Assembly: GCA_964445745.1 (NCBI GenBank)
Contig: CAYULU010000004.1
Location: 3,445 to 66,162 of the forward strand
Direction of reading: 5' to 3'
Source: an uncultured bacterium
GTDB taxonomy: Bacteria; Omnitrophota; Omnitrophia; Omnitrophales; Aquincolibacteriaceae
Length of the DNA: 62,718 bases
Shown: piece after piece, positions 45,934 through 56,210 of the stretch
Numbering within the stretch: position 1 is the first letter of the stretch
How the letters are laid out: the number at the start of each line of letters is the position of its first letter
Notes under the pieces: model-generated
What the model was told of the DNA's origin: nothing
The model's database searches: none
The model's input: the letters and a program-made list of their open reading frames with translations, nothing else
Position numbers and translations under genes: made by a program

Positions 45934-47361
45934 TTAGAACTTCAAAAATTCCATACGATAATTTGCCGTGGGGTTACGAGCCGAAGGGCCGGCGACTAAA
46001 ACCGCTCGTCCCCCCTCAGGCATTTCTCTTTTCAACCACTCAGCCGCATAGGAAGTCCAACACTCTGGTTCATCCTCCATTTCGATCGGATAAACTCCGT
46101 AGGAAAAAAGAAGCGGCCGGGTCATCGACCGTTCCGCGCTGGCCGCAACAATCCAGGGAGACGGCTTAAACCTCGAGATCATCCGAACCGTTGCACCTGT
46201 CCGGGTGGGGATAAATAGAGCCGCGACCGGGATCGTTTTAAGTGTACGTTCCACAACGAGCGACTCCGCTTCCCCAGGCGAATCGATCGGATCTTGCTCG
46301 CATAGCGCTTGAATCGCCTCTAACGTTGGCTGAGGACGATGGCATTCCGTAAAAATCGCAATTTTCGATAACATCGCCACTGATTCTTCGGGGAACTTTC
46401 CCATCGCGGATTCTGCCGAGAGCATCACACAATCCGCCCCATCAATAATAGCATTGGCAACATCCGTCGCTTCTGCCCGAGTTGGAAGTCGGCTTGAGGT
46501 CATCGACTCAAGCATCTGAGTCGCAACGATCACAGGCTTTCCGGCTAGGTTGGCCTTCGCGATCATTTTTTTCTGCGTGATTGCAATTTGTTCGATCGGA
46601 ACTTCAACTCCGAGGTCCCCCCGTGCCACCATAATGCCATCAGCCGCTTTCAAAATCTCATCGAGTTGACTCAGGGCCCCGGCCCGCTCAATCTTTGCGA
46701 TGATAAACGGATTTTTTCCCATCCGGATCGCGGCGTTCCGAACCGTCTCAATGTCTCGGGCATTTTCAACAAACGACTGACTCACAGCATCCACACCATT
46801 CGCAAGCGCAAATTCAAGACATTCCCGATCCCGTTCTGTAAATGCGCCAATACCGAGATGGATCCCGGGAAGATTGAGCCCTTTCCTTGAACGAAGCTCT
46901 CCGCCCACAAGCACTTTGCACCTGACATCATGCCCCGACACGTTTTCAACCGCCAGTTGGACAAGCCCGTCATTGAGAAAAAGTTTGTCGCCGGATTTCA
47001 CAACCTTGGGGAGAGATTTAAAGCTCATCGAAACCCGCTGAGAATCACCGACAATATCATCCGAAGTCAGGGTAAACATGTCCCCTGCCTTGAGCTCAAC
47101 GGGCTCCGGTCTTATGGGACCCAGCCGCATTTTGGGACCGGAGAGATCCGCCATAATCGCAACTTTTTTTCCGGTGACCTTTTCTGCCTCACGGATTCGG
47201 CGAATCACTCTGCCGTGGGCCGAAAAGTCGCCGTGGGAAAAGTTAAGCCGGGCAATATTCATGCCCGCGTTGATCAGGCTCTCCAACATCTCTCCTGACT
47301 CGGATGCCGGCCCGATCGTTGCGACAATTTTTGTTTTATGCCCCGGAAGTATGGCCACCAT
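45934..47361 (-). CDS. pyk: Pyruvate kinase
   Basis: TKIVATIGPAS, ARLNFSHG, AKIER, MVARGDLGVE, TQMLESM, DVANA. Confidence 0.98.
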   Translation of the reverse strand: MVAILPGHKTKIVATIGPASESGEMLESLINAGMNIARLNFSHGDFSAHGRVIRRIREAEKVTGKKVAIMADLSGPKMRLGPIRPEPVELKAGDMFTLTSDDIVGDSQRVSMSFKSLPKVVKSGDKLFLNDGLVQLAVENVSGHDVRCKVLVGGELRSRKGLNLPGIHLGIGAFTERDRECLEFALANGVDAVSQSFVENARDIETVRNAAIRMGKNPFIIAKIERAGALSQLDEILKAADGIMVARGDLGVEVPIEQIAITQKKMIAKANLAGKPVIVATQMLESMTSSRLPTRAEATDVANAIIDGADCVMLSAESAMGKFPEESVAMLSKIAIFTECHRPQPTLEAIQALCEQDPIDSPGEAESLVVERTLKTIPVAALFIPTRTGATVRMISRFKPSPWIVAASAERSMTRPLLFSYGVYPIEMEDEPECWTSYAAEWLKREMPEGGRAVLVAGPSARNPTANYRMEFLKF

Positions 47362-47440
47362 GTATCGTCCTTTTCACCTTCACCGTTTTTTTGTTGAAGG
47401 TCTCACCAGTTGAACACGGGAATTTGTCCCGTTTGAGAAA

Positions 47441-48313
47441 TCAAACGTCGGAAGACTCGGTCAGGTCATCATCGGCCGTTTCTCCGGCTCCCGCGCCCTG
47501 ATTCTTCCGGGGAACAATCGTATCGGTCACATTTCCCGAACCGTCGATGATGCCACGCCTGGATGCTTCTATAAATTTGACAAAGTGTGCGACCTCCGGA
47601 CTCTTGAAACTTTTTTTGATGGCTTCAATTGCCTGGGTCGTATTAAGTCCTGAACGGTATAAGAGCCGATAAGATTCTTTGATTTCTTTCCGCACTTCAG
47701 ATCCGATGCCGGCGCGACGCATCCCCACCACGTTGATTCCCTGGGCCACACCCGGCCGACCGCCACAAATAACAAAGGGGGGGATATCTTTGTTGAACGC
47801 CGAAAGCGCGCTCACCATGGCAAGCATACCAATTCGCGTAAACTGATGAAATCCTGTCATACCGGAAAGAAATGCACGGTCTTCCACCACGCAATGGCCG
47901 GTCAGCGAAGCTTGATTGACCATAATAATACGGTTTCCGAGACAGCAGTTATGGGCAATATGGCAATAGGCCATAATAAAGTTTTCATGCCCGATGACAG
48001 TTGAAGTCCCGGCCTTGGTACCCCGGTGAATTGTGACAAATTCGCGGATAACATTCTTGTTCCCGATCTTTGTCTCGGTATCTTCATTCTTGTAGGCAAG
48101 ATCCTGGGGAGTGTGGCCAATCACGGCGTTCATGTGGATCTCGTTGTCATCTCCCAACTCGGTACCCGTACCAATAAACGTTCCCTGGGATATCCGGTTA
48201 CGCCGGCCAAGCCTGACTCCACTTTCTATGGTGACGCATGGTCCGATTGAATTCTCGTCACCTAAAGAAACATTGCTTCCGATGATTGCCGTGGGATGAA
48301 TGATGTTCGACAT
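47441..48313 (-). CDS. lpxA: Acyl-ACP--UDP-N-acetylglucosamine O-acyltransferase
   Basis: Hexapeptide repeats, PQDLAYK, IREFVTIHRGT, HIAHNC, HQFTRIG, KDIPPF, GINVVGMRR. Confidence 0.93.
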   Translation of the reverse strand: MSNIIHPTAIIGSNVSLGDENSIGPCVTIESGVRLGRRNRISQGTFIGTGTELGDDNEIHMNAVIGHTPQDLAYKNEDTETKIGNKNVIREFVTIHRGTKAGTSTVIGHENFIMAYCHIAHNCCLGNRIIMVNQASLTGHCVVEDRAFLSGMTGFHQFTRIGMLAMVSALSAFNKDIPPFVICGGRPGVAQGINVVGMRRAGIGSEVRKEIKESYRLLYRSGLNTTQAIEAIKKSFKSPEVAHFVKFIEASRRGIIDGSGNVTDTIVPRKNQGAGAGETADDDLTESSDV

Positions 48314-48412
48314 GCGGGGGATTATATCAAGTTCGGCACGCGGAGTACAGCATACGAAGTGTTGGAAGATGTGTTGGAAGACGACCTTTCGTGTTTCTCA
48401 GGCCATTCCGCA

Positions 48413-49669
48413 TCAAACTTTCTTTAAAATTAAAATCGAATTTTTCCCACCAAATCCAAAAGAGTTTTTCATAGCCGTTCGAATTTTCGCAGGACGCGCC
48501 TCATTAGGGACATAATCAAGATCACATTCAGGATCTCTAGAGCCATAATTAATCGTGGGAGGAATCACCTGATTTTCCATAGCAAGCAATGTGGCGATCA
48601 GCTCTACGCTTCCCGCCGCCCCGATTAAATGCCCGATCATGGATTTGATGGAACTAATCGGGAGCTTTCGAGCATAATCTCCGAAAACTTTTTTGATGAC
48701 CATCGTTTCCGTTTTATCATTCAGAGGAGTCGAAGTCCCGTGGGCATTAATGTAATCAATTTCATCCGGTCTCAGACCCGCTTCACTCAAAGCAAGACGC
48801 ATCGCCCGTCCTGCCTCCCTGCCCTCAGGATCAGGGGCCGTCATGTGATAAGCATCACAGGTCATACCATGGCTCAGGATTTCGCCATAAATATGAGCCC
48901 CGCGTTTTTTAGCATGTTCGTATTCTTCGACCACAAACATGCCTGCACCTTCCCCTAGTACGAAACCATCACGATCCGCGCTAAAAGGGCGGGATGCTTT
49001 TTCCGGCTGATCATTTCGTGTGGAGAGCGCTCGAGCGACACAAAAAGACGCCATAATCCCTGGAAAAATCGTTGCCTCCGCCCCTCCCATAATCAAAAAA
49101 TCAAGGCGACCGCTTCGGATGGCGTCAAAGGCGTAGCCACAAGCATCTGAGGCCGATGAACAGGCGGTCGCAAGAGAAAAGCTTGGCCCCGTTACTCCAA
49201 GCTCAATGGACACGTTCCCGGCACAAGCGTCGGGGAAGGACGCCAGCGCGGTAAACGGGTTAAGCCGCATCGGACCACGCTCACGAAGGACATCGTGTTG
49301 CTCAAGAATGTACCCCACGCCAGCCAAAGCCGTCCCGATAATCACTCCGGTCCGCTCCCGGTAGCCATCTTCTTGCAGATTCAGCCCCGCATCTTCAACC
49401 GCCATCTTGGAAGTCACCACAGCAAGCTGAGTGGTGCGATCCATGCGTTTGAGCTTTTTGGGAAGGATGTGGGCAGACGGATCAAAATCTTTGATCTCGC
49501 CTCCAAACTTAGTGGTAAATGCAGAAGTGTCGAACGAGGAAATCGGCGATATGCCGCTTTTGCCTTTTGAAAGGGAGTCCCAAAAAGCAACTTTCCCGGA
49601 TCCAATCGGAGAAACGACTCCGATTCCCGTGATGACAACTCGCCGATTTTTCCCGTTCGAAGTAACCAC
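48413..49669 (-). CDS. fabF: 3-oxoacyl-ACP synthase II
   Basis: RRVVITGIG, TACSSA (Cys), AHGTST (His), GHLIGAAG (His), NSFGFGG; GTG start. Confidence 0.92.
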   Translation of the reverse strand: MVTSNGKNRRVVITGIGVVSPIGSGKVAFWDSLSKGKSGISPISSFDTSAFTTKFGGEIKDFDPSAHILPKKLKRMDRTTQLAVVTSKMAVEDAGLNLQEDGYRERTGVIIGTALAGVGYILEQHDVLRERGPMRLNPFTALASFPDACAGNVSIELGVTGPSFSLATACSSASDACGYAFDAIRSGRLDFLIMGGAEATIFPGIMASFCVARALSTRNDQPEKASRPFSADRDGFVLGEGAGMFVVEEYEHAKKRGAHIYGEILSHGMTCDAYHMTAPDPEGREAGRAMRLALSEAGLRPDEIDYINAHGTSTPLNDKTETMVIKKVFGDYARKLPISSIKSMIGHLIGAAGSVELIATLLAMENQVIPPTINYGSRDPECDLDYVPNEARPAKIRTAMKNSFGFGGKNSILILKKV

Positions 49670-49671
49670 TT

Positions 49672-51234
49672 TTATGCGGGAATTGACTCGTTTTTACAAG
49701 TCAGCGCAATTTTGCGCCCGTCGTGATCTACATGCAAAACACTACAACGAATTGTTTCCCCCACCTTATAGAGCTTAGCGAGATCATCTCCACTCTTTTC
49801 AGGAAGCTCGGAGACATGGATGAGACCTTCGAGGCCGTTGTCCAATTCAACAAAAATTCCGAAGTTGACAACCCTCGTGATCTTCCCCTGAATCTCAAGG
49901 CCCGTTAGGATGTCCTTGGTCAATTCGTTCCAGGGATCATCTTTCATTTGCTTGAGCCCCAGTGAAATTTTCTTCGCTTCGGTATCAACATTCAGAACCA
50001 TCACTTCCATGGTTTCACCCTTTTGGAGGAGATCTGAAGGCTTCGCAACCTTATGGGTCCAGGAAAGATCCGAAACATGCAAGAGTCCTTCAATTCCCGG
50101 TTCCAGTTCAACAAACGCACCATAATCCGTAAGGTTGCGGATGGTCCCCTGAACACGGGTTCCGACCTGGTATTTATCGGTCACCTTATTCCAGGGATTT
50201 TCCTGCGCCTGGCGGGCTCCAAGGGAGATCTTTTTGGCCGTCGTATCAAGACTCAGGATCACAACATCCAACTGCTGTCCGATCGAAAGAACTTCGCTCG
50301 GATGGGTCACTCTCTTAGTCCAAGAAAGCTCGCTGATGTGAACAAGACCCTCAATTCCGGGCTCCAGTTCTACAAACGCACCGTACGGGAGAATGTTGAC
50401 CACTCGACCGTGGACCAGGTTACCAATTGCATAACGATCTTCAACTGTCCCCCAAGGATCCGATGACTTTTGTTTGAGACCAAGAGAAATCTTTTGTTTT
50501 TCCTTATCGATCGAGATCACAGCCACATCGATTTCATCCCCAATTTTCACAAGATCTGAAGGATGTGAAATCCGTCCCCAGCTCATGTCCGTAATATGGA
50601 GAAGACCGTCGAGGTTCCCGATATCGATGAACACGCCGAAATCAGTAATATTTTTCACCTTCCCATGAACAATTTGTCCAACCTGAAGCTCGTTGAGTTT
50701 TTCCGAACGTGCTTCCTGTCGGCTTTTTTCGAGAAGATCCTTGCGTGACACCACAACATTCTTACGCTTATGATTGATCTTTACGACTAAAAATTTACTC
50801 TGAAGACCGACAAACGCATCCTGGTTTCGTACGGGGCGAATATCCACGAGCGAGGCAGGGAGAAATGCTTCCATTCCGATATCGACCATAAACCCGCCGC
50901 GAACCTTGCGAGAGATCCGCCCCTCAACGATCGCACCTTCCTCGGCATTGGACAAAATATCGTTCCAGGTTTTCTGGCGATCCGCTTTGCGCTTTGAAAG
51001 AAGAGCTGTGCCTTCCCTGTCGTCAAAACCTTCAAAAAGCACCTCGACTTCCTGCCCGACGGCAAGCGATTGAGGATCCGTAAATTCGTCAAGGGCCAAA
51101 ACACCTTCAGCCTTGTAACCAATATCGACCACGACTTCTTTTTGACGAACCTCAATGATGGTCCCGGTCACGACATCACCCGGAACAACGGACTGAAAAG
51201 ACTTTTCGTAAAGCTCTGCGAATTGGGATTGCAT
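49672..51234 (-). CDS. rpsA: 30S ribosomal protein S1
   Basis: Tandem S1 repeats (VKNITDFGVFIDIG..DGLLHITDMSW and similar). Start moved to ATG 51234. Confidence 0.97.
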   Translation of the reverse strand: MQSQFAELYEKSFQSVVPGDVVTGTIIEVRQKEVVVDIGYKAEGVLALDEFTDPQSLAVGQEVEVLFEGFDDREGTALLSKRKADRQKTWNDILSNAEEGAIVEGRISRKVRGGFMVDIGMEAFLPASLVDIRPVRNQDAFVGLQSKFLVVKINHKRKNVVVSRKDLLEKSRQEARSEKLNELQVGQIVHGKVKNITDFGVFIDIGNLDGLLHITDMSWGRISHPSDLVKIGDEIDVAVISIDKEKQKISLGLKQKSSDPWGTVEDRYAIGNLVHGRVVNILPYGAFVELEPGIEGLVHISELSWTKRVTHPSEVLSIGQQLDVVILSLDTTAKKISLGARQAQENPWNKVTDKYQVGTRVQGTIRNLTDYGAFVELEPGIEGLLHVSDLSWTHKVAKPSDLLQKGETMEVMVLNVDTEAKKISLGLKQMKDDPWNELTKDILTGLEIQGKITRVVNFGIFVELDNGLEGLIHVSELPEKSGDDLAKLYKVGETIRCSVLHVDHDGRKIALTCKNESIPA

Positions 51235-51508
51235 ACTGAAATTTCCTCCTTGGAGATTCCTCTTCCTGTTTTTTTGGGCAAACAACCACGAATTGTATTC
51301 TTGGTGGAATGACAAACTCGCAAAAAACTTATATTTGCTCGCTCAAGGAATGAGGCTATCTAAATTCTTGTATTTTCCAGTAGCTGGCGCCACGGAGAGA
51401 ATGTAGACGCGATGATTGTAACACAGGTTTTGTTTTTTGGAAGAGAGATTTTGCTTAAAAAAGTTATAAACATATGGCAAAATAAAAATGATTTATTATA
51501 ATAACTCA

Positions 51509-52219
51509 ATGCGCCGTTTTAAAGAATCTCTCATCCGTCTCCTCTATCCCGCGCACTGCGAGTTCTGCGAAAAATCTCTGAACCTCGATGAAAAACTTAT
51601 TTGCAAAACTTGTGAACAAAACCTCAGGGGGCTGGCCTGCCCCCTCGAAAAATCTTTAGTGGATGAACAGTTTGAATATCTGGATCATGCATGGGCCGTC
51701 TACGCTTACGCAACACCTCTTCGTGAGCTCCTGCAAGCAGTCAAATACAGGCGAAAAGATTATCTTCTCAGGGCCTTTAAAAACCCGGCCGCCAAACTCG
51801 CGACGTCCATTGCTTCCGAATACATCTACAACGCACTCATCCCCATTCCTCTCAACAGAGTTAAACGCATTCAGCGTCAGTTTAATCAGTCGCAACTTCT
51901 GGCGGATCTCTTGCAACCTTTTTTCAAACTGCCGGTCTGGAGCAATCTTCTGAAAAAGAAATACCTCATTCCATCACAAACTTCCATGACCCGGGAAGAA
52001 CGCATCATCAATATCTACGGCGTATTCAAGGTCTTATCCACAAAACATGTCGCGGGGAAATCGTTTCTGCTCGTGGACGATGTACTCACAACGGGTGCTA
52101 CGGCCAGCGAAGCCGCAAGAACATTGAAGAAGGCTGGGGCAAAACGCGTTGATCTCTTCGCGCTTGCTAAAACTAATCTGCCGATAAAAAAAGAAAATAG
52201 CCCCTCAGATAAACATTGA
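51509..52219 (+). CDS. ComF family amidophosphoribosyltransferase-like protein
   Basis: N-terminal double CxxC, IPIPL..R..RQFNQ, LLVDDVLTTGAT. A TATAAT 6 nt before ATG 51509 suggests a leaderless start. Confidence 0.92.
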   Translation: MRRFKESLIRLLYPAHCEFCEKSLNLDEKLICKTCEQNLRGLACPLEKSLVDEQFEYLDHAWAVYAYATPLRELLQAVKYRRKDYLLRAFKNPAAKLATSIASEYIYNALIPIPLNRVKRIQRQFNQSQLLADLLQPFFKLPVWSNLLKKKYLIPSQTSMTREERIINIYGVFKVLSTKHVAGKSFLLVDDVLTTGATASEAARTLKKAGAKRVDLFALAKTNLPIKKENSPSDKH

Positions 52220-52448
52220 TAGAGCACTCCCCATTCTGGCCTTTTCCTAAAATCCAGGTCCATCATCAGATTAATTTCAGGGATCAACTGCCCAGGCATT
52301 AAAAAATGTTGAGATTACCACCGTGCACGGATAGTATAGGGTTTCCTTTTTAGCGGTTTTATAAATCGCTCATCTTAATTATCCGATTTCCGACCCGCTA
52401 GCGTCGGACTTTTAAAGTTTCAAAAATTGGCGTTTTATCTAACTGACA

Positions 52449-52595
52449 CCTCGGGGTCTTTTTCCCGAGGGAATCATCCTGAGCGAAGCCCCCTTGGGGG
52501 CGAAGTCGAAGGATCTCATTGAGGAGACCCTTCGATGCCGTCCAATACAAAAGGGCGTCCCTCAGGGTGAGTGGGTCGGGAAAACTCCCCGACCC
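52449..52595. repeat. Multi-hairpin REP-like element (family B)
   Basis: CCTCGGG/CCCGAGG; TCATCCTGAG (52474) ... CTCAGGGTGA (52570) enclosing GCCCCC-TT-GGGGGC and TCGAAGGATCTC/GAGACCCTTCGA; then GGGTCGGG..CCCGACCC. Confidence 0.75.
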
Positions 52596-52623
52596 TCATC
52601 TAACTATCCTACAGGGGGCAATT

Positions 52624-53721
52624 TTGAAAGTACTGGATCGATATCTCGTCAGGGAGTTACTCATCCCTATTGTCTTCTGTACGGTCACGCTTGTTTTTCT
52701 GATCCTGATAGCGGATCTTTTTGACAATCTGGACGAGCTTCTGAGAAACAAGACTCCCATCCTTGTCATACTTCGTTACTACCTTTGCCTCATACCCATG
52801 GCCTTCAGCCAGACCATCGCGTGGTCCGTGTGGCTCGGCACAATTTTTCTCCTCGTAAACCTCGGGGCCCATAACGAGCTCATTGCTATGAAAGCCGCAG
52901 GGCTGAAAATCATGACGATTGTCCGCCCTCTCATCTTTCTGGCAATTCTGATCGGAATTGTAACATTCCTTGTGACCGACCGAATCGTGCCCGCAACTTA
53001 CAAAACCGCTAACGAACTCCTTGAAATTCACATCGAAAAGAAAAAGGCTTCGGGCGATCGAAAGGTTCTCAAAAACGTCACCTATTACTCGGGGGGGAAC
53101 ATCCTTTATTATTTCAGAGCTTTTACACCCCAAAACCGGGAGGTGGCAGACGCAATCATCCTTTGGCTTGACCCCACAACCCATCACACGACCCGAAAGG
53201 TTTTTGCCAAGGAAGGTACGTTTACCGAAAGCGCGTGGACTTTCAAGGGAATTACGGAATACCAGACCGATGTCCAAGGAGCCGTTCTCGGAAGTCCGGT
53301 CACCATCCCGGAAAAGATTTATCCGGACATCAAGGTCACTCCACGGGATTTGATTATGGCAACAAGCGAAAGCATTTATCTGTCCTACCACGAACTCCAA
53401 TACACCATCAACAAACTCAAAGAAAACGGGATCGCCGTCTATTCAGAAAAGGTTGATCTCTACGATCGGCTCGCAGCCCCGTGGAAAGGCCTCGTCATGA
53501 TGCTGATTGCTATCCCCTTCATGGCCTCAATCCACACCCGAAAATCCATCGCCATCAACGTTCTCATCTGCGCCGCGCTCATTTTCGCTTACCATGTCTT
53601 CGGAGCGGTCAGTATAGCTATCGGAAAATCAGGGAAATTTTTCCCTTTCCTGAGCGCCTGGGGTGGGAACATCCTTTTTGCCACGTTCGCTTTTATACGG
53701 TTTGAACGAGCGAATTATTAG
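52624..53721 (+). CDS. LptF/LptG family LPS export permease
   Basis: LDRYLVRE, NELIAMKAAG, SYHEL, PFLSAWGGNILF. TTG start inferred after a G-rich SD. Confidence 0.92.
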   Translation: MKVLDRYLVRELLIPIVFCTVTLVFLILIADLFDNLDELLRNKTPILVILRYYLCLIPMAFSQTIAWSVWLGTIFLLVNLGAHNELIAMKAAGLKIMTIVRPLIFLAILIGIVTFLVTDRIVPATYKTANELLEIHIEKKKASGDRKVLKNVTYYSGGNILYYFRAFTPQNREVADAIILWLDPTTHHTTRKVFAKEGTFTESAWTFKGITEYQTDVQGAVLGSPVTIPEKIYPDIKVTPRDLIMATSESIYLSYHELQYTINKLKENGIAVYSEKVDLYDRLAAPWKGLVMMLIAIPFMASIHTRKSIAINVLICAALIFAYHVFGAVSIAIGKSGKFFPFLSAWGGNILFATFAFIRFERANY

Positions 53722-53969
53722 AATTAGGCTCCCAGGTTGGAAATACTTGTGAAACCGTCCCTACAAGAGCATAAGAAAATCACCGTGAACTGGAGCGTTC
53801 TGCTAGACGAGAATGGGGAGCCAATTCACAATTACTTATGCGTTTTTGCCTAAGTGGCCGAGCGTGAGTTTTTTTAGATCGGTCTTTCCAGCTTAAAGCG
53901 GAAAAGGTCGTTCAAATTCACAAAAACCTTTATACGCTTACTTAGCCTGCCGATCTTGAACGTAAAGCC

Positions 53970-54248
53970 TTAATCACTCTCAAAAAGATCATTTTTTTCG
54001 ATTTGGAGGTCCTTCGAATCAAATGAAGGTATCGCGATCGTAGCGCTACGACCAATTTGCGGTGGTATCGATATGACGGCCTTCTCACCAAATAAAGATG
54101 CCAAAGTCGACTGGGCGCTTGTCACCGCACTCTGGCCGCCATCTTCAATAGCATCTTCATAAGTTGTGTCGGCAGGTAGCGCGCAACAAAACGTCCCTGA
54201 AGAAAACACCATGAAAGATGCTGTCAAAAAAAAGAGGAGGCCTCTCAT
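53970..54248 (-). CDS. Hypothetical exported protein (92 aa)
   Basis: Signal-peptide-like N-terminus; starts 2 nt after the glgC stop. Confidence 0.55.
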   Translation of the reverse strand: MRGLLFFLTASFMVFSSGTFCCALPADTTYEDAIEDGGQSAVTSAQSTLASLFGEKAVISIPPQIGRSATIAIPSFDSKDLQIEKNDLFESD

Positions 54249-54250
54249 AT

Positions 54251-55513
54251 CTAAATTTTCGTCCCCGCCGGAATATAGACCCCTTTGGGAATAATCACGA
54301 TGCCATCCCGAATATAATAATTCTTTCCATCTTCCTCTTTTCGGTCGCGGCTGTTGGTGATTTGAACGTTATCTCCTACCCCCACGTTTTTATCGAGAAT
54401 ACAATTTTCAATCAGACAATTCTTCCCAATTCCAACCGTCCTGTCTTCACCTGACTTCGGCCATTCGTAGTAGTCATTCCCCATCAAGATGCTCCTCCGG
54501 ACCACCGTCCCGTGCCCCACAACAGATCGCAGGCCTACGATCGAATGCTCAATCTTGGCTCCCGTGAGAATGCAACCTTCCGACATCAACGCATGATCAA
54601 GCTGGGCACCGATGATTTTAGAAGGCGGTAAAAATCGGGGACGCGTAAAAATACGTCCATCAGGAATTAAAAAACTAAACGGCGGATTTTGCTGTGTCAG
54701 CTCGATGCTGGACTCGTAAAAACTCCCGATCGTCCCGATATCACGCCAATAGCCAGTGTGGACATAACCAAATACCTTGTAATTTTTGATCGCCTTCGGA
54801 ATCACTTCTTTGCCAAAATCTTTCTCGTTTCCCTTCAGCACCTCCCAAAGAACCTCCCGCCGAAACACATAAATTCCCATCGACGCCAGATACATCGGAT
54901 TTTTCGATTTGACCCGATAGAGGTCACAAAGAGTTTTGGGCATGATGAAAGAGGAGGGATCATCATCTTTCGACGGTTTCTCAAGAAATTCGGTAATCCG
55001 CCCATCCTTGGTCAACTTCATGATCCCAAACCCCTTGATGACACGCTCCGGCACGGGGATGGTCGCCACCGTAACATCCGCTTTTTGCATCTGGTGAAAC
55101 CCAAGAATTTCTCTGTAGTTCATCCGGTAAAGATGGTCCCCTGAAAGAACCAGAAAAGTATCCACGCCTTCCGTGTGGTAATGAGGAAGACACTTGCGAA
55201 CCGCATCCGCAGTCCCTTGAAACCAGTCTGTGTTGTCCACCGTCTGCTCCGCAGCGAGAAGTTCAACACTGGTCTTGGTAAACGATTCGTAAGGATAAGT
55301 CCGGTGGATGTGACGATGAAGCGAAGCCGAATTAAACTGGGTTAACACATAGATTCGCCGCAATCCTGAATTGATCGCATTCGAGATCGGAATATCCACC
55401 AGCCGATACTTCCCTCCGATCGGAACCGCGGGTTTGGAACGGTAACTCGTAAGCGGGAAAAGCCGTTTCCCCTGTCCGCCACCAAGAATAAGTGTCGCAA
55501 CCCTGCTTGTCAT
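54251..55513 (-). CDS. glgC: Glucose-1-phosphate adenylyltransferase
   Basis: GGGQGKRLFPLT..RSKPAVPIGGKYRLVD, WFQGTADAVR, LSGDHLY, ASMGIY, DFGKEVIP, YWRDIGT. Confidence 0.98.
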   Translation of the reverse strand: MTSRVATLILGGGQGKRLFPLTSYRSKPAVPIGGKYRLVDIPISNAINSGLRRIYVLTQFNSASLHRHIHRTYPYESFTKTSVELLAAEQTVDNTDWFQGTADAVRKCLPHYHTEGVDTFLVLSGDHLYRMNYREILGFHQMQKADVTVATIPVPERVIKGFGIMKLTKDGRITEFLEKPSKDDDPSSFIMPKTLCDLYRVKSKNPMYLASMGIYVFRREVLWEVLKGNEKDFGKEVIPKAIKNYKVFGYVHTGYWRDIGTIGSFYESSIELTQQNPPFSFLIPDGRIFTRPRFLPPSKIIGAQLDHALMSEGCILTGAKIEHSIVGLRSVVGHGTVVRRSILMGNDYYEWPKSGEDRTVGIGKNCLIENCILDKNVGVGDNVQITNSRDRKEEDGKNYYIRDGIVIIPKGVYIPAGTKI

Positions 55514-55812
55514 GTGAAAGCCCTCTTATGTTCATTTTGGGTGTGTCGCCAAAGTACTTTTCGGAATGTATCATTTTCTTCCATCAGAATCGAAAGCCTT
55601 TCACGGATTTTTCCGATAAAAGATTCGTGCTGTGGATAACGCTCCTGATTCACAAAAAGATCAATCCGTTTGATATAAGAATCGATCGTCGCCCTATTTT
55701 TCTGAATTTGTGATTTAACAATCCGGATTTCCTCGGATGTAAACAGCTCTTCTTCTGCCGCCAGAACCTTCGGCACCTCAACCGGAATCTCATAACCCAG
55801 ATGAAGGATCAT
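55510..55812 (-). CDS. Hypothetical helical protein (100 aa)
   Basis: ATGA overlaps with both neighbours; C-terminal coiled-coil-like RERLSILMEENDTFRKVLW. Confidence 0.7.
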   Translation of the reverse strand: MILHLGYEIPVEVPKVLAAEEELFTSEEIRIVKSQIQKNRATIDSYIKRIDLFVNQERYPQHESFIGKIRERLSILMEENDTFRKVLWRHTQNEHKRAFT

Positions 55813-56210
55813 TTCGCATACCTCGTGACCAATTCAGAGAGATCACGGTTAAACTCGGTTTTTAAATAAACACGATCGCATCCGGCCTTCTCAGCCTCCT
55901 CCTTGACCGCACCGCACGACTGGCTGACAAATCCGATGACCGGCACGCCCTTAGCATCGACATTTTCGCGAATCTCTTTGAGAGTTTTATAAGACTCGCA
56001 TTCTAGATTCTCGAAATCAAGGATCACAAGAAACGGTCTTATTTCTTTCACGCTTTCCATCAGAGAGTCTGTATGATCAAAATTTCTGGCACGAAGCCCG
56101 CAACGTGACGCACATTTCACAAGTTGCCCCGCCACGGTCAAATCTCGCACAAGGCCGTAGACAAATCTCCCGGACTGAGCCATACCAAAAGCCAGGGAGT
56201 CGTCTCTCAT
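55809..56210 (-). CDS. Atypical single-domain receiver (REC) protein
   Basis: LVILD, VPVIGFVS, AEKAGCDRVYLK fit the REC fold; the N-terminal acidic pair is degenerate. Confidence 0.75.
   Translation of the reverse strand: MRDDSLAFGMAQSGRFVYGLVRDLTVAGQLVKCASRCGLRARNFDHTDSLMESVKEIRPFLVILDFENLECESYKTLKEIRENVDAKGVPVIGFVSQSCGAVKEEAEKAGCDRVYLKTEFNRDLSELVTRYAK

Noticed and set aside
52015-52299. 94-aa minus-strand ORF
   Set aside because: It overlaps comF antisense by about 200 nt and has no recognisable features.
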